Assembly: GCA_010405405.1 (NCBI GenBank) | Contig: MU004239.1 | Location: forward strand, 62,001-126,000 | DNA from: Microthyrium microscopicum | Taxonomy: Eukaryota | Length of the DNA stretch: 64,000 bases | Reading direction: 5' to 3' | In this document: one piece after another, positions 45,034 to 57,883 of the stretch | Layout of the letters: every line of letters begins with the position of its first letter | Position numbering within the stretch: the first letter of the stretch is position 1 | Program-made: the position numbers and the translations under genes | Notes under the pieces: model-generated | The model's database searches: none | What the model was told of the DNA's origin: nothing | What the model saw: the letters and a program-made list of their open reading frames with translations, nothing else

Positions 45034-46035
45034 TATATTTTTGTACGAAGATGGAACACAACATTGGTCATGGTCAAGTAAACCTCTAGATGATTTTTAG
45101 ATACTCACTGGCAAAAGGACGTGAAAGCAAATTTTGGCATTGCCGAAAACGGAAGGCGTTCTCTTTGATAGTAGACCTGTACAACATCTTTGAACAAGGG
45201 ACCTTGATTATACCATTGAACTCATGGGATTCGTTCGCAAGCTCTCGAGTCTTATGGCTTTGTCAGTTTCTCAGAGGCTCCTTTGTTTTCTCCTCGAGGT
45301 CACACTGGGCATCTCTCTCGGACCAACCGTGGCTACTGTTCAAGCTAAACCTGAATTGAACAATTTATGACTGACAGGTCCATGTTAGTGAAAGGCTCAG
45401 AAGAAAGCTATTGTATTTCTGGAGTACTGGACCAAAGAAACGTGTTAGTTGTCCAGTGACTGGAACACTTCCTAATGGGAAAGTGGGAACAGCTTCAGCC
45501 CCAACTATGGAAACAGCACACAGTTCATGATAGACTTGAATCGACAATTAGATAGCCAGGGAGTATCTGAACGTTATTGGGCGTCTATCATTGAACATTT
45601 CCTCGTAAGCCATGATGCTACCTTATACCAACTTCATTTTCTGTCACTGAACAAAGAACCTTACATCACCAACAAAGACATTTTTTGAAAAGGTTATGTT
45701 TTGACGGAAACTGGTCTGGCCAGTCTCTACGCCATCCACACTTGTTATATTATTGTTTTTCCTGCTAAAAGGTGTGTTGGGTATCAAAACCTGTCGTCAA
45801 CAACAAGCATGCAAGTAACTTCTAAAGCTTTCATCCTCGTCACTTTCGCCAGCAGATGCTGCGACTCGATCAATGCCTCCAATACAACCAATGCAGAACA
45901 CAGAAAGTATCAAAAATCGTCCTTCACAGTCTTCCGAGCCAGTCAGAATAACCTATTAAATCACACCACTACCCATTGCGCACAGCGTCAGGGTTTTGGC
46001 TGGGTACCAACCAACATATTAATGAGCTTGACAGC

Positions 46036-47919
46036 TCATGCTCGTCTTCGTCGACTATTCGGTGCCTCACGCCGACTAAACGGCTCATTTGGATATATCC
46101 AGCCCCTCAGCCGTTTCGCACTCCTCGTCTCTGACGCAACGACCTTGGGCATCCATCCATCTCGTGCGCGAAAATTCTGCCTCGTCAGCGCTGCTGGTCC
46201 ACCGACTTCCATCTTCCAGGGCGCATGGCCGGGTAGTGGTTCGTCCTTGGCCAGCATATGCAGGAACCAGAGGGCGAGGGTAGCCGTCATCTGCATGCGG
46301 CCAGTCGGCGGGTCCACGGCTGGCGTTTGCAGGGATATTGGAGCAGCAGTCTCTAGGAGCCCGAAAATTGGGCGTGGTCCCTCGTCAACTTGTGCACGTG
46401 GATTGGAAGCATAGGTGGTGTCGTCGCAGCCGGCGCGGACACAGAGAAGTTCGATTTCAGTGATGATGAATCCATAGCGGCAGCCATGTTCGCGCATTAC
46501 GCGGTGGAGCTGGGCGAGACCGCGGAGGTATTTCACCTGCTGAGGAGCAGATTCGGCGCGCATGCCGGTGTTCCATTCTTCGTAAGCTTTTACGATGCCG
46601 ACGAGATGGCCGCGTGCGTCACCTCTTAGGGTGCGGAGATAGTCGTTTTCGTGGGTTGCGATAAAGTCTGGCTTGGGATAGTGGTGAGTGGTGGCAGAGT
46701 TTGCGGCGCGGAGGGCGAGATGGCGGGCTCCTTGGGTGAGTGAGAGGGCGGCGTTGATACGGGTGCCAAAGTAGTCTTTGTAGATGTCGCGGAGGTGGAA
46801 CTCCGTTTCTGGGTTGGAGTTTGTGGCGGCGGGATGCGGCAGAGTGTCGTGGTCTAGAGGGACGTTGAGGAGGCTGTTGAATCCGGGGATGGCGAGGATG
46901 GAATCGATGCTAAAGTCGTTCCAGCTGCGGAGGTTGCGAACGTCCCACCAGCCGAAGTCCCAGTGACGCTGCATGTCGGTCATGGAACGGTTGATTAGGC
47001 TGGGTCGTGGACTGGGTTGGGTTAGGTAGGTCATTAACGAGGTTTGTTTGGCTGGTGCTTGTATCATGGAGTTCATGGACATGTCGGTGCTCATGTAGCT
47101 GCCATCGTCGTGGACGTAGACATCGAGTGGATCGCGTTGTGTTTGCATAAGAGGTTGAACTGAAAGTGCTTGTACAGGCGAAACTTGCTGGGGAGCGGTG
47201 ATATACTGTGGCATCTTTCGGTATTGAGTTGGATATCCATGCTTGAGAAGTGCAGCTTCGTCCAAACTTGACTGTGACCCTGAGCGAGAGTGGTTTGGTG
47301 CCTGAATGATAGGAGCAGACACGGTCCTGACCTGTGCCAATGATGATCTACGAGAGGAAGGGTGGGTAGCTATGGGCGAGTTGATGTTGGTGTTCAAGGG
47401 GGACGGACTTGAACCAATGTGCGGTGCGGCAGATAGAGGATGAGCCGAGGAGGGAGCTGGCGGATTCGCAGCTGTCAATGCCGAGTGATGAAGACCACCG
47501 GAAAAGACTGAAGCGGGAAGGGAAATTGCGGATGCTGGGGAATGGATATCAAATGCTTCTGGTGGTGTTGTTCCTCTTCGATAGAAATGAGGAGGATATG
47601 CAAATGCTGTATGAAGAGTTGGAGCTACTCCAAGTGAAACGGCCCGGCCGTTGACAGATCCAGCTGCTGATGATGGTTCGGTGGTTTGATCCTGGCAACG
47701 GATCTTGGGTAGAAGTGGAGGACCATTTCGAAAGTTTGTGCGAGGTGATCTTTGTGGACTTGTTGATGTTGTGAGCACAGAGTCTGGGCTGTTTTCATTT
47801 GAAGAGTAAAAAGCAGGATGTGAATAGTGAGTCTCCACAGTGTGACTTGGATGATAGTAGGCTTGATGTGGGTATGATGGAGGTGTTGAATGCCTGACGG
47901 GCATATTGCAGGAATACAT
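46036..47919 (-). CDS. Conserved Pezizomycotina protein with a Ser/Pro-rich N-terminus and a folded C-terminal domain
   Basis: 627-aa ORF with GPPLLPKIR.QDQ, WWDVRNLRSW, PDF..LVGIVK, HRVMREHGCRYGFIITEIEL and AKRLRGW blocks. Confidence 0.85.
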   Translation of the reverse strand: MYSCNMPVRHSTPPSYPHQAYYHPSHTVETHYSHPAFYSSNENSPDSVLTTSTSPQRSPRTNFRNGPPLLPKIRCQDQTTEPSSAAGSVNGRAVSLGVAPTLHTAFAYPPHFYRRGTTPPEAFDIHSPASAISLPASVFSGGLHHSALTAANPPAPSSAHPLSAAPHIGSSPSPLNTNINSPIATHPSSRRSSLAQVRTVSAPIIQAPNHSRSGSQSSLDEAALLKHGYPTQYRKMPQYITAPQQVSPVQALSVQPLMQTQRDPLDVYVHDDGSYMSTDMSMNSMIQAPAKQTSLMTYLTQPSPRPSLINRSMTDMQRHWDFGWWDVRNLRSWNDFSIDSILAIPGFNSLLNVPLDHDTLPHPAATNSNPETEFHLRDIYKDYFGTRINAALSLTQGARHLALRAANSATTHHYPKPDFIATHENDYLRTLRGDARGHLVGIVKAYEEWNTGMRAESAPQQVKYLRGLAQLHRVMREHGCRYGFIITEIELLCVRAGCDDTTYASNPRAQVDEGPRPIFGLLETAAPISLQTPAVDPPTGRMQMTATLALWFLHMLAKDEPLPGHAPWKMEVGGPAALTRQNFRARDGWMPKVVASETRSAKRLRGWIYPNEPFSRREAPNSRRRRA

Positions 47920-49888
47920 GATGATATAATGGATCTACAGTGACGTTAGAATCATACTATAGCTGATCAAAGTAGAAGAATCTGTACCGACGTAGATGGC
48001 TTGCCAAGTAGGGATTAGAATCAAAGATTAGGGAATGGAGACCGGCTCCTATGCTACAAGTCGTAGGCTTCGTACAGACAAATGAAAAGAATGGAGGAGA
48101 GTTGAGCGATTGGAGTGAGACTATGTCTCGTCACAGAGGTGGGAGAGGATGAGAAGAGGAGAGCAAGAAATCAAGCGGCCCAGAGGCGCTACTTATTCAC
48201 ATGGGAATAGAGAAGACGAGAGCCAAAGAAGTCTAGGCGACAGGGGCATTGTCGAAAATGTCTGGAGGAGAGTGCATGGCGACACTTGACCACGATGGTG
48301 GCTTGCAATGAACAAGATGGGCGCAACGGGACTTGTAGAGCGACCAACCTGAAACAGATTACTAGAAGAGGCTAGAAAGACAACAGCTAAAAATGGGAAT
48401 GGTTCAACGGTTGAGGCGTACTAGGATTGGGCCAACTACATGAGACCTACTTTACGGGCAGACTGAATGGGATGTCAGAGGTGGAGTAGAGAGGATCTAC
48501 CGAAAATGGACGCGATGCGCTGGGTAGGTTAGGTGAGTTGGGCGGAAAGCGGGCGCGAGTACAAGATGAAACACGCGAGGCAGAGCCAGGAAGAGCTTGA
48601 TGCCGAATGTGGGGGGGACAATGTTGTTTAGAGAAGAGTGTACCATCATGACGGTATTGTTAGAGTGTATGATGATTGCTATTATTGCGTAGAACAACAA
48701 GAGAGAGTTTGGGAGCAGGCCACACGGAGGTCAAGATGAGGTTGGAGAAGAGTGAAAGGCGCGTAGACGCCCATACGCGTTGGCTGCAGCGTAATGGCCC
48801 GGTCAATGGTGATTGGTAGAGGATTCGCTTTCTAATGCACTCTGATTTTCAGAACAGTCATACTTGCAGTAAATGCTTGTATTTCGTATACTCTACAGTA
48901 CTTATCGAGATAGTTCTACTCTATAAGTGACTCATAGACGCGAAACGCGGTTTATACATCAGACATAAAGACGCGTTCTGTCTCTTTCCCACCATCTTCA
49001 TACATCCCCTTTCGTGCAACAATTGTAAACATTCAATTCATTTTATTCCTCAACTTCCAATTTCTTAAATCCCTCCAACTCTTGGACCACCACGGCCGGC
49101 GCCTAATCTTGCCTTTGTGCAGCTCCCATGCTCAGGACTTTGCTCTCCCCTGCGCAAAGCATAAAGCATGCAATTTGGTAGGTCGTAAGCGCTCCTCCTC
49201 TCTAGCGGCTGCGGACCTATTTTAGAACATTCTCCAACGCCACACCCGCTCAAAATCCAGAGCCTCCCCGTTTCAGCGTCTCTCAGCCTCATGCTGAGAC
49301 CCATCTCTCGTTACAGCCTCGCGACTAGTAATTTCCCCAACCAATCTGCTTCATGTCCAGATGGACCAACAGTCTGCTCATCTGGCCTGCTGAGGTAACG
49401 TATATACCCGACCCGCTGAACATCTAGGCGACATTTACCTTGCCGCTCAATTTTTTCCTTCGAACCGCCCACCTCAGAATTTTGCCTAGACAGATTGATC
49501 TACGCGCCCTTCCTTCGTCGGCGCTTCGCCCAACATTAGGATTCAAATATGTAACCACCGAACGGCTGCTTGAGTCCCCGTTGAGGACGGTACTCCCGAT
49601 CTTGGGTTTATCGTGTCATGTAGCTGGTATTATCTGCGTGCACATGACGCCAGCATCAGATCTCGTGGACTTTGTGATTTCCAAAAATAATCTTGCGCTT
49701 TGGTATCTTGTCCACAACCAGAAGCTTCAAACAATTTACTCGTTTCAAAAGTAGGTAGCCGTTGTACCTCGCAAACACTAGACCGTCAAGTCGTAACATG
49801 GTCATTCCATCGTGAAGTCATATCATCAAAAATAGCAACCCACGTTCTTCATCAAGGAAAGAACCTCAACCTGTTCCCAGAAAGCAAG

Positions 49889-51620
49889 CTATATCGCAGT
49901 CTTCTTCTCTACCTCCCTCGCCCACCATTCGTCCCATTGCACAACCACCCCCTTCGTCCTCGCATCCTCAGCTGCAAATACAGCCGCATGACTTCTCACA
50001 ATCTCATCCAAATCCACACCCAGAAAAGCCCACTGCGCAGCATCAACATCCATCTCGCCCGCCTGTACTGCACTCACAGCCTTGACCATGTTCAGCGCCA
50101 GCGCATCGTCTCCGCCGCCATGCCCCGAGTCTTGCGGCGCAGGTACATGATGCACAGTCGTTTGACCGGTTGCGAAGCTGTAGACGGAAATGTCCTGCGA
50201 GTCGTAGCTAAGTTCGCCTTTAGTTCCGTAAATGCGGCCTCGGCGTGCACAGATTGCTTCGGTGAGGGCAACCATGTGGAAGAGAGCTGTTTTTGCGCCG
50301 CGGTGACCAAGTTCGGTGTTTGTGTTATTAGTGTTGGTGGTGGGTAAAGGATCGTCGGCCCATTCGATGGTGACGGTTTGGTCGTCACAGACATCGTTGT
50401 CGCTTTCGTAGACGCAGCGGCCATACCATTGGCGTGCTTCGATCTCGTCGGGTGAAGTGGTTGGACTGTAGTCTTCGCGAAGAATGTCTAGGAGCTGGTT
50501 GCGTGTCTTGGCCGCTCCTTGGGCCCGCAGCAGATCTTCCACGTCAGGTAGGACGATCTTGACAGGCCATTTGGTGTTGTTGACGTCGAGATGCTTCTTA
50601 ACGTAGATGTTGTTTGCGCTAAACTCGCATGATTCTTCAATTGGACAACTTAGGCAGTTGGTTGCATCACCCGCTGCTGCTGGTTTTCTTGCCTTGCGAA
50701 AGTATCGTAATGATCCCGTCGATGCAATCTGGCTCGGTAAATGTGGTTCCTCACTACTCCCGGGTGGCGGCGAACACAGCAACCACATGAGAAAGTCCAT
50801 ATCATGACAACTCTTCGTCAACAGCGATCCCGCACTAGTCTTCTCCTTCCGCCAATTACCCCTAATGCCCACAATTAGCTTATCCCCATCCATCATATGT
50901 AGTCTCGAGAATCAGTACTTACCGCACATAACTGTGACTAAAATGCCACCACCCAACCGGCTCCGTATGCTCCACACTCAACACATCACCCACCACGCCC
51001 CTCTCTCTCACCAACTCCCGTAGCAACACATTATGCGGCGCATACCTAAGCACATGCCCAACTCCAAACACCGTCTTCCGCCCTGTCCTTGCCCAGCCAG
51101 CCTTGAGCGCAGCACTCATCTCCAACACCTCATTCAGTCGCGTCGCCAACGGTTTCTCGCACAGTATATGTAGCCCTCCCAGCTCTGCGAGCGCACGAAC
51201 AACGGCCAAGTGCATGGCGTCCTGCACACACACGAAGACGAGATCTATTCCTGTGCCCGGGGGCTTATTTGCGGTTGTTGCATTTGTGTTGCGCGCCCAG
51301 TCGATCAGATCTTGCCAGCTTTCAAAAGACTGGCCGTCGCTGGAGCTGGGTGAGTCGCGCCAGATAAATGTGCGGCCGAACGTTTCTCGCACAGCAGTGC
51401 GCGGCTCGGCGACGGCTACGATGTGTGCTGCACCGGCATTGTAGAGGGCAGCGGCGTAGGCATTGCCTCGTGAGCCGGCGCCGATTATTGCGACGCGAGG
51501 AGCGTTCGGTGGAGGGGTGGGTGGGTTGTCGATGAGGCGGTTTACGGGGATGAGGGCGGGTTGGGAGTGGGTTATGGCGGTTGTGGTGGGAGGGGGGAGG
51601 TCTGGAATTGAGGGTGGCAT
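49889..51620 (-). CDS. Gfo/Idh/MocA family NAD(P)-dependent oxidoreductase, 2 exons
   Basis: IIGAGSRG, CEKPLA, GHVLRY, HFSHSYVR/GNW across intron 50922-50862, KSCHDMD, GRCVY, GHGGGD. Confidence 0.93.
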
Positions 51621-51913
51621 TCTGGTAGGTCGTGTATGAAGTCTTGGTATTAGGGAGATGCGAAAAATGGAAGTATGGTGATGTTAGGATTGGGAAGGCT
51701 GGGATTGGTTGTTGATGTTGGAGATGTGATGGGTGGGGGCTTTTGAGGCTCTGCTTGACTTATCGTCAATGACAACTTCATCCAAGTTCACTGCGTTGCT
51801 TTCTTGCGATTTATTACTTATTCGTTGTTTGCTCTGTATTACTATCTCGTATTACTTCTCGTGTAATACTGCAATGACAATCATCCTTCGAGCCGCCATT
51901 GAAGCTCCCGTTC

Positions 51914-53302
51914 TCAAACTACAGCAATCTTCTCCAAATTCTTCTTCTTCAGATTCAACCAACCCTCTCCTGTCGCTTTATCCTGTTTAAAGAACTCTGC
52001 GCTCTCCTTATCTCCCAACAGCACATACTTGAGCCAGTGCGATCCCAAGACCCCGTATGAGCCAGCATTGAGTTCATTGTATGTTCCTCCGTGTCCGCCG
52101 GTCTTGTAATCTGCGGCCCACGCTGGCACGCCTTCTGGCATAGCTTCGTAGTCCTTATGATTCTTTGCAGTCGCCACGTCCATCGCTCCACCTAGGAAGA
52201 AGAAAGTTGGGACATTGATCTTCGAACCATCTGGGACACTTCCATTGTTTGGAAGGGGAAGGAAAGCTGTGGATACACCGCCTGATGCGATTGCGGATCC
52301 AGAGTTGAAGATTCCTAGAGATTTTACGCGTTTGTCGGTGGCCATGACTAGAGTTTCCTGTGTGGCATTGTCAGTCACATTCGCTGCCAAGGGGATGATT
52401 TGCAGCTGAGGTCGTGATGGATTGCGTTAAAGACTTACCAGTCCACCACAGCTTTGTCCGGCGGCCGCGATTCTTGACGTATCTAGATGTGCCCACTTCT
52501 CAGTGCTCTTTTGCTTCTCGGCCCAGTCAATCGCTTGAGCCATCATGTTCTCTTTCAAGGTCTGGCCAGTAGATGTCATGGTTGCAAATGCTGGAGGCTG
52601 CTTGTCCGCCGGAAGCACGCCGTTGGCCAATATCGTGACACCTTTCACATAAAAATCAGCATTGAATCATAAGCATGAAAGATGACATTCTGGTATTTAC
52701 CTTGAGAAGCCAATTGAAGAAGAAGAGGCCCCTTTTCGAGCTATTGTGTTGGTTTGGTCAGTCTCCAGATGTGACATGTCTCAAGAGTCGCTATCGTCTT
52801 ACCCCATTGTTCATACATGCGCCTAATGAACTATTAGCCAAGTTCAGAAACGTCCCATATACCCTGAAAAGTACACGGAGAGGGTTTCCAGAAAACTGGT
52901 TACATCTCTATGTTCATACATCAACAGAAATCTAAGAGATCAACTTACCTTCTCCCCAAACCAGAATGGGAGTCTTGGTTCCAGCGGGTAAGTTCTTGGG
53001 AGCAAAAATGGTATGTTTGGGAAGCGTTGGCTCAGAATAAAAATGCTACAGATGATTCATCAGATATCGCTTGAGAAGAACATATTTGTATTTACCGCTG
53101 GAAACTTGCCAGTCCCTTCTGACTTGAGATACTCTGGAGGATATACAAATCCAGACATTTTAGGCAGACCTAGTCCTTCTAGGAAGCTGCTTAAGCCTCC
53201 ATCGCCTTTCTGTTTCCCATCGCCAACTGGAGCGGTCCCTTGAGGCGCGGCTGCGACATAGCTTGCGAGAAGGAACAAGATTTGTGAAATGAGTGAACGC
53301 AT
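51914..53302 (-). CDS. Secreted alpha/beta hydrolase, multi-exon
   Basis: Signal peptide MRSLISQILFLLASYVAA, spliced WGEG-ACMNNG, nucleophile elbow AGQSCGG, GIFNSG, LGGAMDVA (Asp) and GHGGTY (His). Confidence 0.85.
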
Positions 53303-53784
53303 CTTGCAGATTTCAGAGGTTGTGTTTTGACTGAAAAAATTACACTTTCTCAAGACTTCATGTGATATTTAAAACATTCGCTTTCTTTGTGCTAACTGGT
53401 ATAGTTAATATATCTGGACCTAGTTTTGTCCGCTGTCTAAATATCTTGGTGAGGCTCAACATTAGTACTGAAACAATAGAATGCGCTTGGACAGCTCGTC
53501 TAGAATTAATTACTATAACGATTTATAGCTTACAGCCTTACTCGCTGACTACCCCGGATTTGTACGGTATGCCATAGCTAGATCCTATCAAATAGGCAGC
53601 CTTCAAGCTAAATATCTGCGAAAAAATTACAGTCTGTCTCCTTTTCCTCCCATATATCCTAACGTATACCTGGTGTATTACCAACCAAGTCACTGCAACT
53701 TTCCACAACCATAAACATAATTTTTGTCAACAAGTCTTTGACAAGAAGATCATACTCATATTCTGCATCTATTCCGATACAAAC

Positions 53785-55040
53785 CTATCTTCTCGGCCTA
53801 TCCTCATTCCCATACAACTTTGGCGGCGGTTTCAATCCCTTCATCATCGACCCTGGCTTATCCGTATACATCGGCGTGCCCACTGGCTGTGCATAACCAA
53901 CATATCCAGGATTATTTGGATTGATTGTTGTACACTTCACGGTTGATGGATCCGCGTTCTCTTCCCAATGACATCCTCCGCCGCCGACTTTGCCTGTCTT
54001 CAGATCGTTGGCTACACTGGCGAGTAGACGCTGACCTTTTTCCATCTTGAGTTTGGCGTATCTTTCTGCTCGCTCGCCGGTCATAGCGCCGGTTTCGGTG
54101 ACGACGGGTACGGGTCCTTGTGGGGGATTGCGTTCGCCTTTGTAGACGAAGGGGCCTGGTGCGATCTGTTGGAGCAAGAGATTAGCTAGCTGCTTGGGTT
54201 GCTAATGGTATGGTGGATGATTGGACTTACGTATCGTTTGGGACCGTAGTGGATGTTGACTAGAAGGCCTGGATCCCGCCAGTTGTATGCGCCTGGAAAC
54301 TTCTCGCCTGGTGGAGAGGCCGTTCCAGTACCAGTAACTTTCACCTCTGCAAAACAGTCAGCTACAACCCTCAACGTCCATATTTTGCAAGACGCTTACT
54401 GATACAATTGGGATAAGGTTGTGCTCCACTGATCTTCTTCTCAGGATACTCAACCCAGGCATGATGCAACCCAATAATCTCATGTCGTACAATATATGTT
54501 CCCGGCTTAATATCGCTCGGAATAGTAACCGTCCAAGAATTGTTAGCGGCAATGAGCATATCAGAGCCAAACGCATCGGTCTTGGCATCATATGTCGCCT
54601 GATCGATCTTGAAGAAATCAACGTCGTTCACAGAGACATCGTCGCTGGGCATGTATGCCATGTATGTTAGCACGGGTCCTCGGTGGTTCTCAAACCAGGC
54701 TGTCCACTGGAACTTCATAGTTGAGCCAGCTCGTGTTTCGGCCGTGAGAGCTGGGGAAATGAGTGGTCCAAAGCGGCACGCGATGTCCGGAGAAGCGACA
54801 TTCTCTACGGGTGATGTGCCGTTGGTTTTGGCGTTCTGGTAGCCCCACATGATTCTCTTTACGCCACCTGGAAAGGTGTTGTCAACTCGAGTGTCGAAGG
54901 CAGGATATCTGCTGGAGTTTAGTCAAAGACTCAAGATATTTAGCAAGTTAGACATACGTCGTGCCATCGATGGTGATGGTATCCAGCATGCCATGGGAGG
55001 CAACCAGAGCCGCCGAGCCTAGAAACAAAAGTGACCGCAT
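53785..55040 (-). CDS. AA9 (GH61) lytic polysaccharide monooxygenase with a C-terminal extension
   Basis: Signal MRSLLFLGSAALVAS followed by His1 (HGMLD), HRGPVLTYMA, FFKID, GTYIVRHEIIGLHHA, AQPYPNC, FPGAY, PGPFVY. Four short introns. Confidence 0.93.
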
Positions 55041-55795
55041 ATTTACTCCTGATTTGTTTCGTTAAATAATCCGGGAAAGAAGGTGTCTTTTGAATATTTA
55101 GACATGACGGGATGTTAGATGCTACGGGCCGATGCACTTTATCGCCTATGTCAAGATATATGGACGTGCCACAACTATATTAACTTGAACGATCTGAACT
55201 ACTATAAGGTAACATTAGTGCCCGATCTCCGATGCTTCATATTAGATCATATCAAAGTTATATAGCTATTCTGGTTCATAGTATTTTTGACCAGTGTGTA
55301 TTGCTCTCCACTTCGTCTGCATGAAAATAGATCCCATGTTCAATAACACCCAAAGTCACCGAACAGGTGACGATATGCCATGAACTGCGTGGATAAGGCC
55401 GGCCTTCGATTCAGTATTTCAACATGGGAACCGAGGTTCACCCATTCTCAACAAGCTTGTGGTATGGATTTTTGAGAGATTCCTCGTTAGGCCATGCTTG
55501 ATCGATTTTATGGTTCGCACACATAAACCGTACCAGAGGTAGTAATTTTTCACGTTGTGAAAAGACAAGTATCCGCATTCGGCTTCTAGTTGTCTCCCGT
55601 TTCTTTTTTTTATCATTAATAAGGAGGCCAGTGATCAGCACTGCAAACAATCACCCAAACCATCACCCTGCAAGGCTGAGCTTCAGCCTTATTCAGTTCC
55701 TCACCAATTCTCAACCCACACCCGACAAATTCCACCAGCTTGCACCAGCACTTTCCCTCCTCGGCAAGCTCAGGCAGCTACTGCCACTCATCATC

Positions 55796-56197
55796 ATGGC
55801 ATGGGGAAGAGACGTCACGAATAAGCTCACTACCATCTCAAAAGATGTGCAAGAGCTGAAAAGTCAGCAAGCCGAAATTCTAGAAGCAAACAAGCTCACT
55901 GCTATCTTGAAAGAACTTCAAGACTTGAATCAGCAACAAGCCGAAATACATAAAGAAATCAAGCTGATTCACGAGACTGTTGACCTTCCGCGCAAGGATG
56001 CGCTGTGTCGTCTTCAAGGGACTCAGGAGTTTTATAGACCGTTCAATAAGGAGAAAGGTATTGAGAGGAAACAAGAAATCAAGAGAGAACGGCAAAAGGC
56101 GGAAGCTGGCCAACAATCGAACAATAGCGAGAACTCCATATCTAGCTTACTTCGTAGCATAGGAAGGCGTTTTCGGACCCGTGAAGAGAAGCCATAG
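55796..56197 (+). CDS. Small coiled-coil hypothetical protein with a 23-aa internal duplication
   Basis: ORF from ATG 55796; KLTTISKDVQELKSQQAEILEAN / KLTAILKELQDLNQQQAEIHKEI. Confidence 0.5.
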   Translation: MAWGRDVTNKLTTISKDVQELKSQQAEILEANKLTAILKELQDLNQQQAEIHKEIKLIHETVDLPRKDALCRLQGTQEFYRPFNKEKGIERKQEIKRERQKAEAGQQSNNSENSISSLLRSIGRRFRTREEKP

Positions 56198-56897
56198 TAC
56201 ATGACATCGGTAATACTGGAAAGACGAGCCAGAACTACCTACCTAGCTACGCGGGCATATATAGCAAGAAGTGGGAAGGGTTTGAAACCACCTGTATTTA
56301 TCATCCGCAGCGCCTGTATTGATGTCCGCCAGTACTGAAGTTAGATATACTCTCCAAAGATCCGACACTTACAATTGTGAGCAGTCTAAAATTAGATATA
56401 TAAGAGAAGAGCATGCAGAGATAGCTAGATTGGAAATGGTAAGGCTTTGGGTTAGTCTAAACGTAATTTTGATGTCAGTGAAGTCAATCATGAAGGACTT
56501 CGTTTTCCGTCCATGTTTACAACTCACCATGCGACAACAAATAGCTCACATTCATCGCCTGATTGACCGGCTAACGAGTAGGAAGTGAGTCTACAGCTGC
56601 CTTTATATGCACATTGGTTCCTGGTGGATAGACTACCCGGCATTTGGTGGAGATTTCCGGACTATATGTCAGCTGTCTGTAGGCTCAAAACCATGTGCAA
56701 GTATACAGATACTGTCGTTGAGAAGATGATCAGAATAACAAAATCAAGCTTCCGGGTAACCTTAATCTCAGACCTGGAAAATCATGGCATCCAATATCCT
56801 ACCCAGGCAATCTCTATATATTCTCCAGACATGCTTTACAGGGTGGTGACCCACGTTGCTAATCGACGCAACTCATAACTTCTACCTGCCAAAAAAG

Positions 56898-57731
56898 ATG
56901 GGATCCTACAACCCTATCACGATCTCCGACGACTTTACCTACAACCACGGAGTGAACCTGGGCAACATCACAACGACACTGGAGAATGGCATTTTTACCA
57001 TCGCCATAGGAAGACTAGATGGAGCAACCCATGCTGGCATGGCGCAAGTCTTCCGTATCGCCCATGAGTCTCCCGCGGACGTCGTCGTCGTCACTGGCCA
57101 AAATCGTTCTTTCCTCAATCCTACGAATTACGACTTTGACTTTGTCAAAAGCCAGACAGAATGGAAATCGTTCGTTCAGATCTTCAAAGAAGGCGAAGAG
57201 ATCCCACGCGACATTATGAACTGCGAGAAACCTACCATCGCAAAGGTCTTTGCACCTGGAGCACATAGCCTAGGCGCATCCATTGCGCTATGCTGTGATT
57301 TTGTTGTGGCCGCCGAGGACGCAACTTTCAGCGATCCTCATCTCTCTGGTTTCGGGGTGACTCCTGGCGATGGTGGCTCGCTAGTCTGGCCTACGAGAAT
57401 TGGTCTTGGTCGCGCGCGCGAGTTCTTAATGCTCGATCGTATTGCGACTGCAAAGGAAGCTCTTGACATGGGCTTGATCAACCGCTGTGTTCCTGTCGAT
57501 GAAGTCGACGCTGAGGTTGACAAGATTGCTAAGAAGCTACAGTCGTACAACCCGGTGGCTACCAAGTACACCAAGCGTTGGCTGAATCAGTACATGCGGC
57601 ATGCGCAGAATATTGCGGGTATGGGCAGTCTGTATGCAGAGGGAATGGTTTTGCAAAGGGCTGAATTCGCTTCAAATGCTGATGGGTACACCGACAAACT
57701 GACAAAGAACAAGGGCTTTACAGAGAGTTGA
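56898..57731 (+). CDS. Enoyl-CoA hydratase/isomerase (crotonase) family protein, intronless
   Basis: VVVVTG, CEKPTIAKV, LGASIALCCDFVVAAEDATFSDPH, PGDGG..WP..IG..RA, AKEALDMGLIN. Confidence 0.9.
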   Translation: MGSYNPITISDDFTYNHGVNLGNITTTLENGIFTIAIGRLDGATHAGMAQVFRIAHESPADVVVVTGQNRSFLNPTNYDFDFVKSQTEWKSFVQIFKEGEEIPRDIMNCEKPTIAKVFAPGAHSLGASIALCCDFVVAAEDATFSDPHLSGFGVTPGDGGSLVWPTRIGLGRAREFLMLDRIATAKEALDMGLINRCVPVDEVDAEVDKIAKKLQSYNPVATKYTKRWLNQYMRHAQNIAGMGSLYAEGMVLQRAEFASNADGYTDKLTKNKGFTES

Positions 57732-57883
57732 TCATACTTCAGAAGGTCCAGAATCCCGATAATTCGAGAAAGCGCGGTAGCAATACTAGTATCGACCAGA
57801 AACAAGAACAAAGACTAGAAGTGCTTGATGCTCGCTTGATATGTATAGAACTAAAAGCGGGACAGCAGTAGATATGTGGCTCC

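Noticed and set aside
48950..49800. Possible structured ncRNA or small spliced gene
   Set aside because: No RNase P/MRP, snRNA or SRP signature recognised, and the ORFs lack support.
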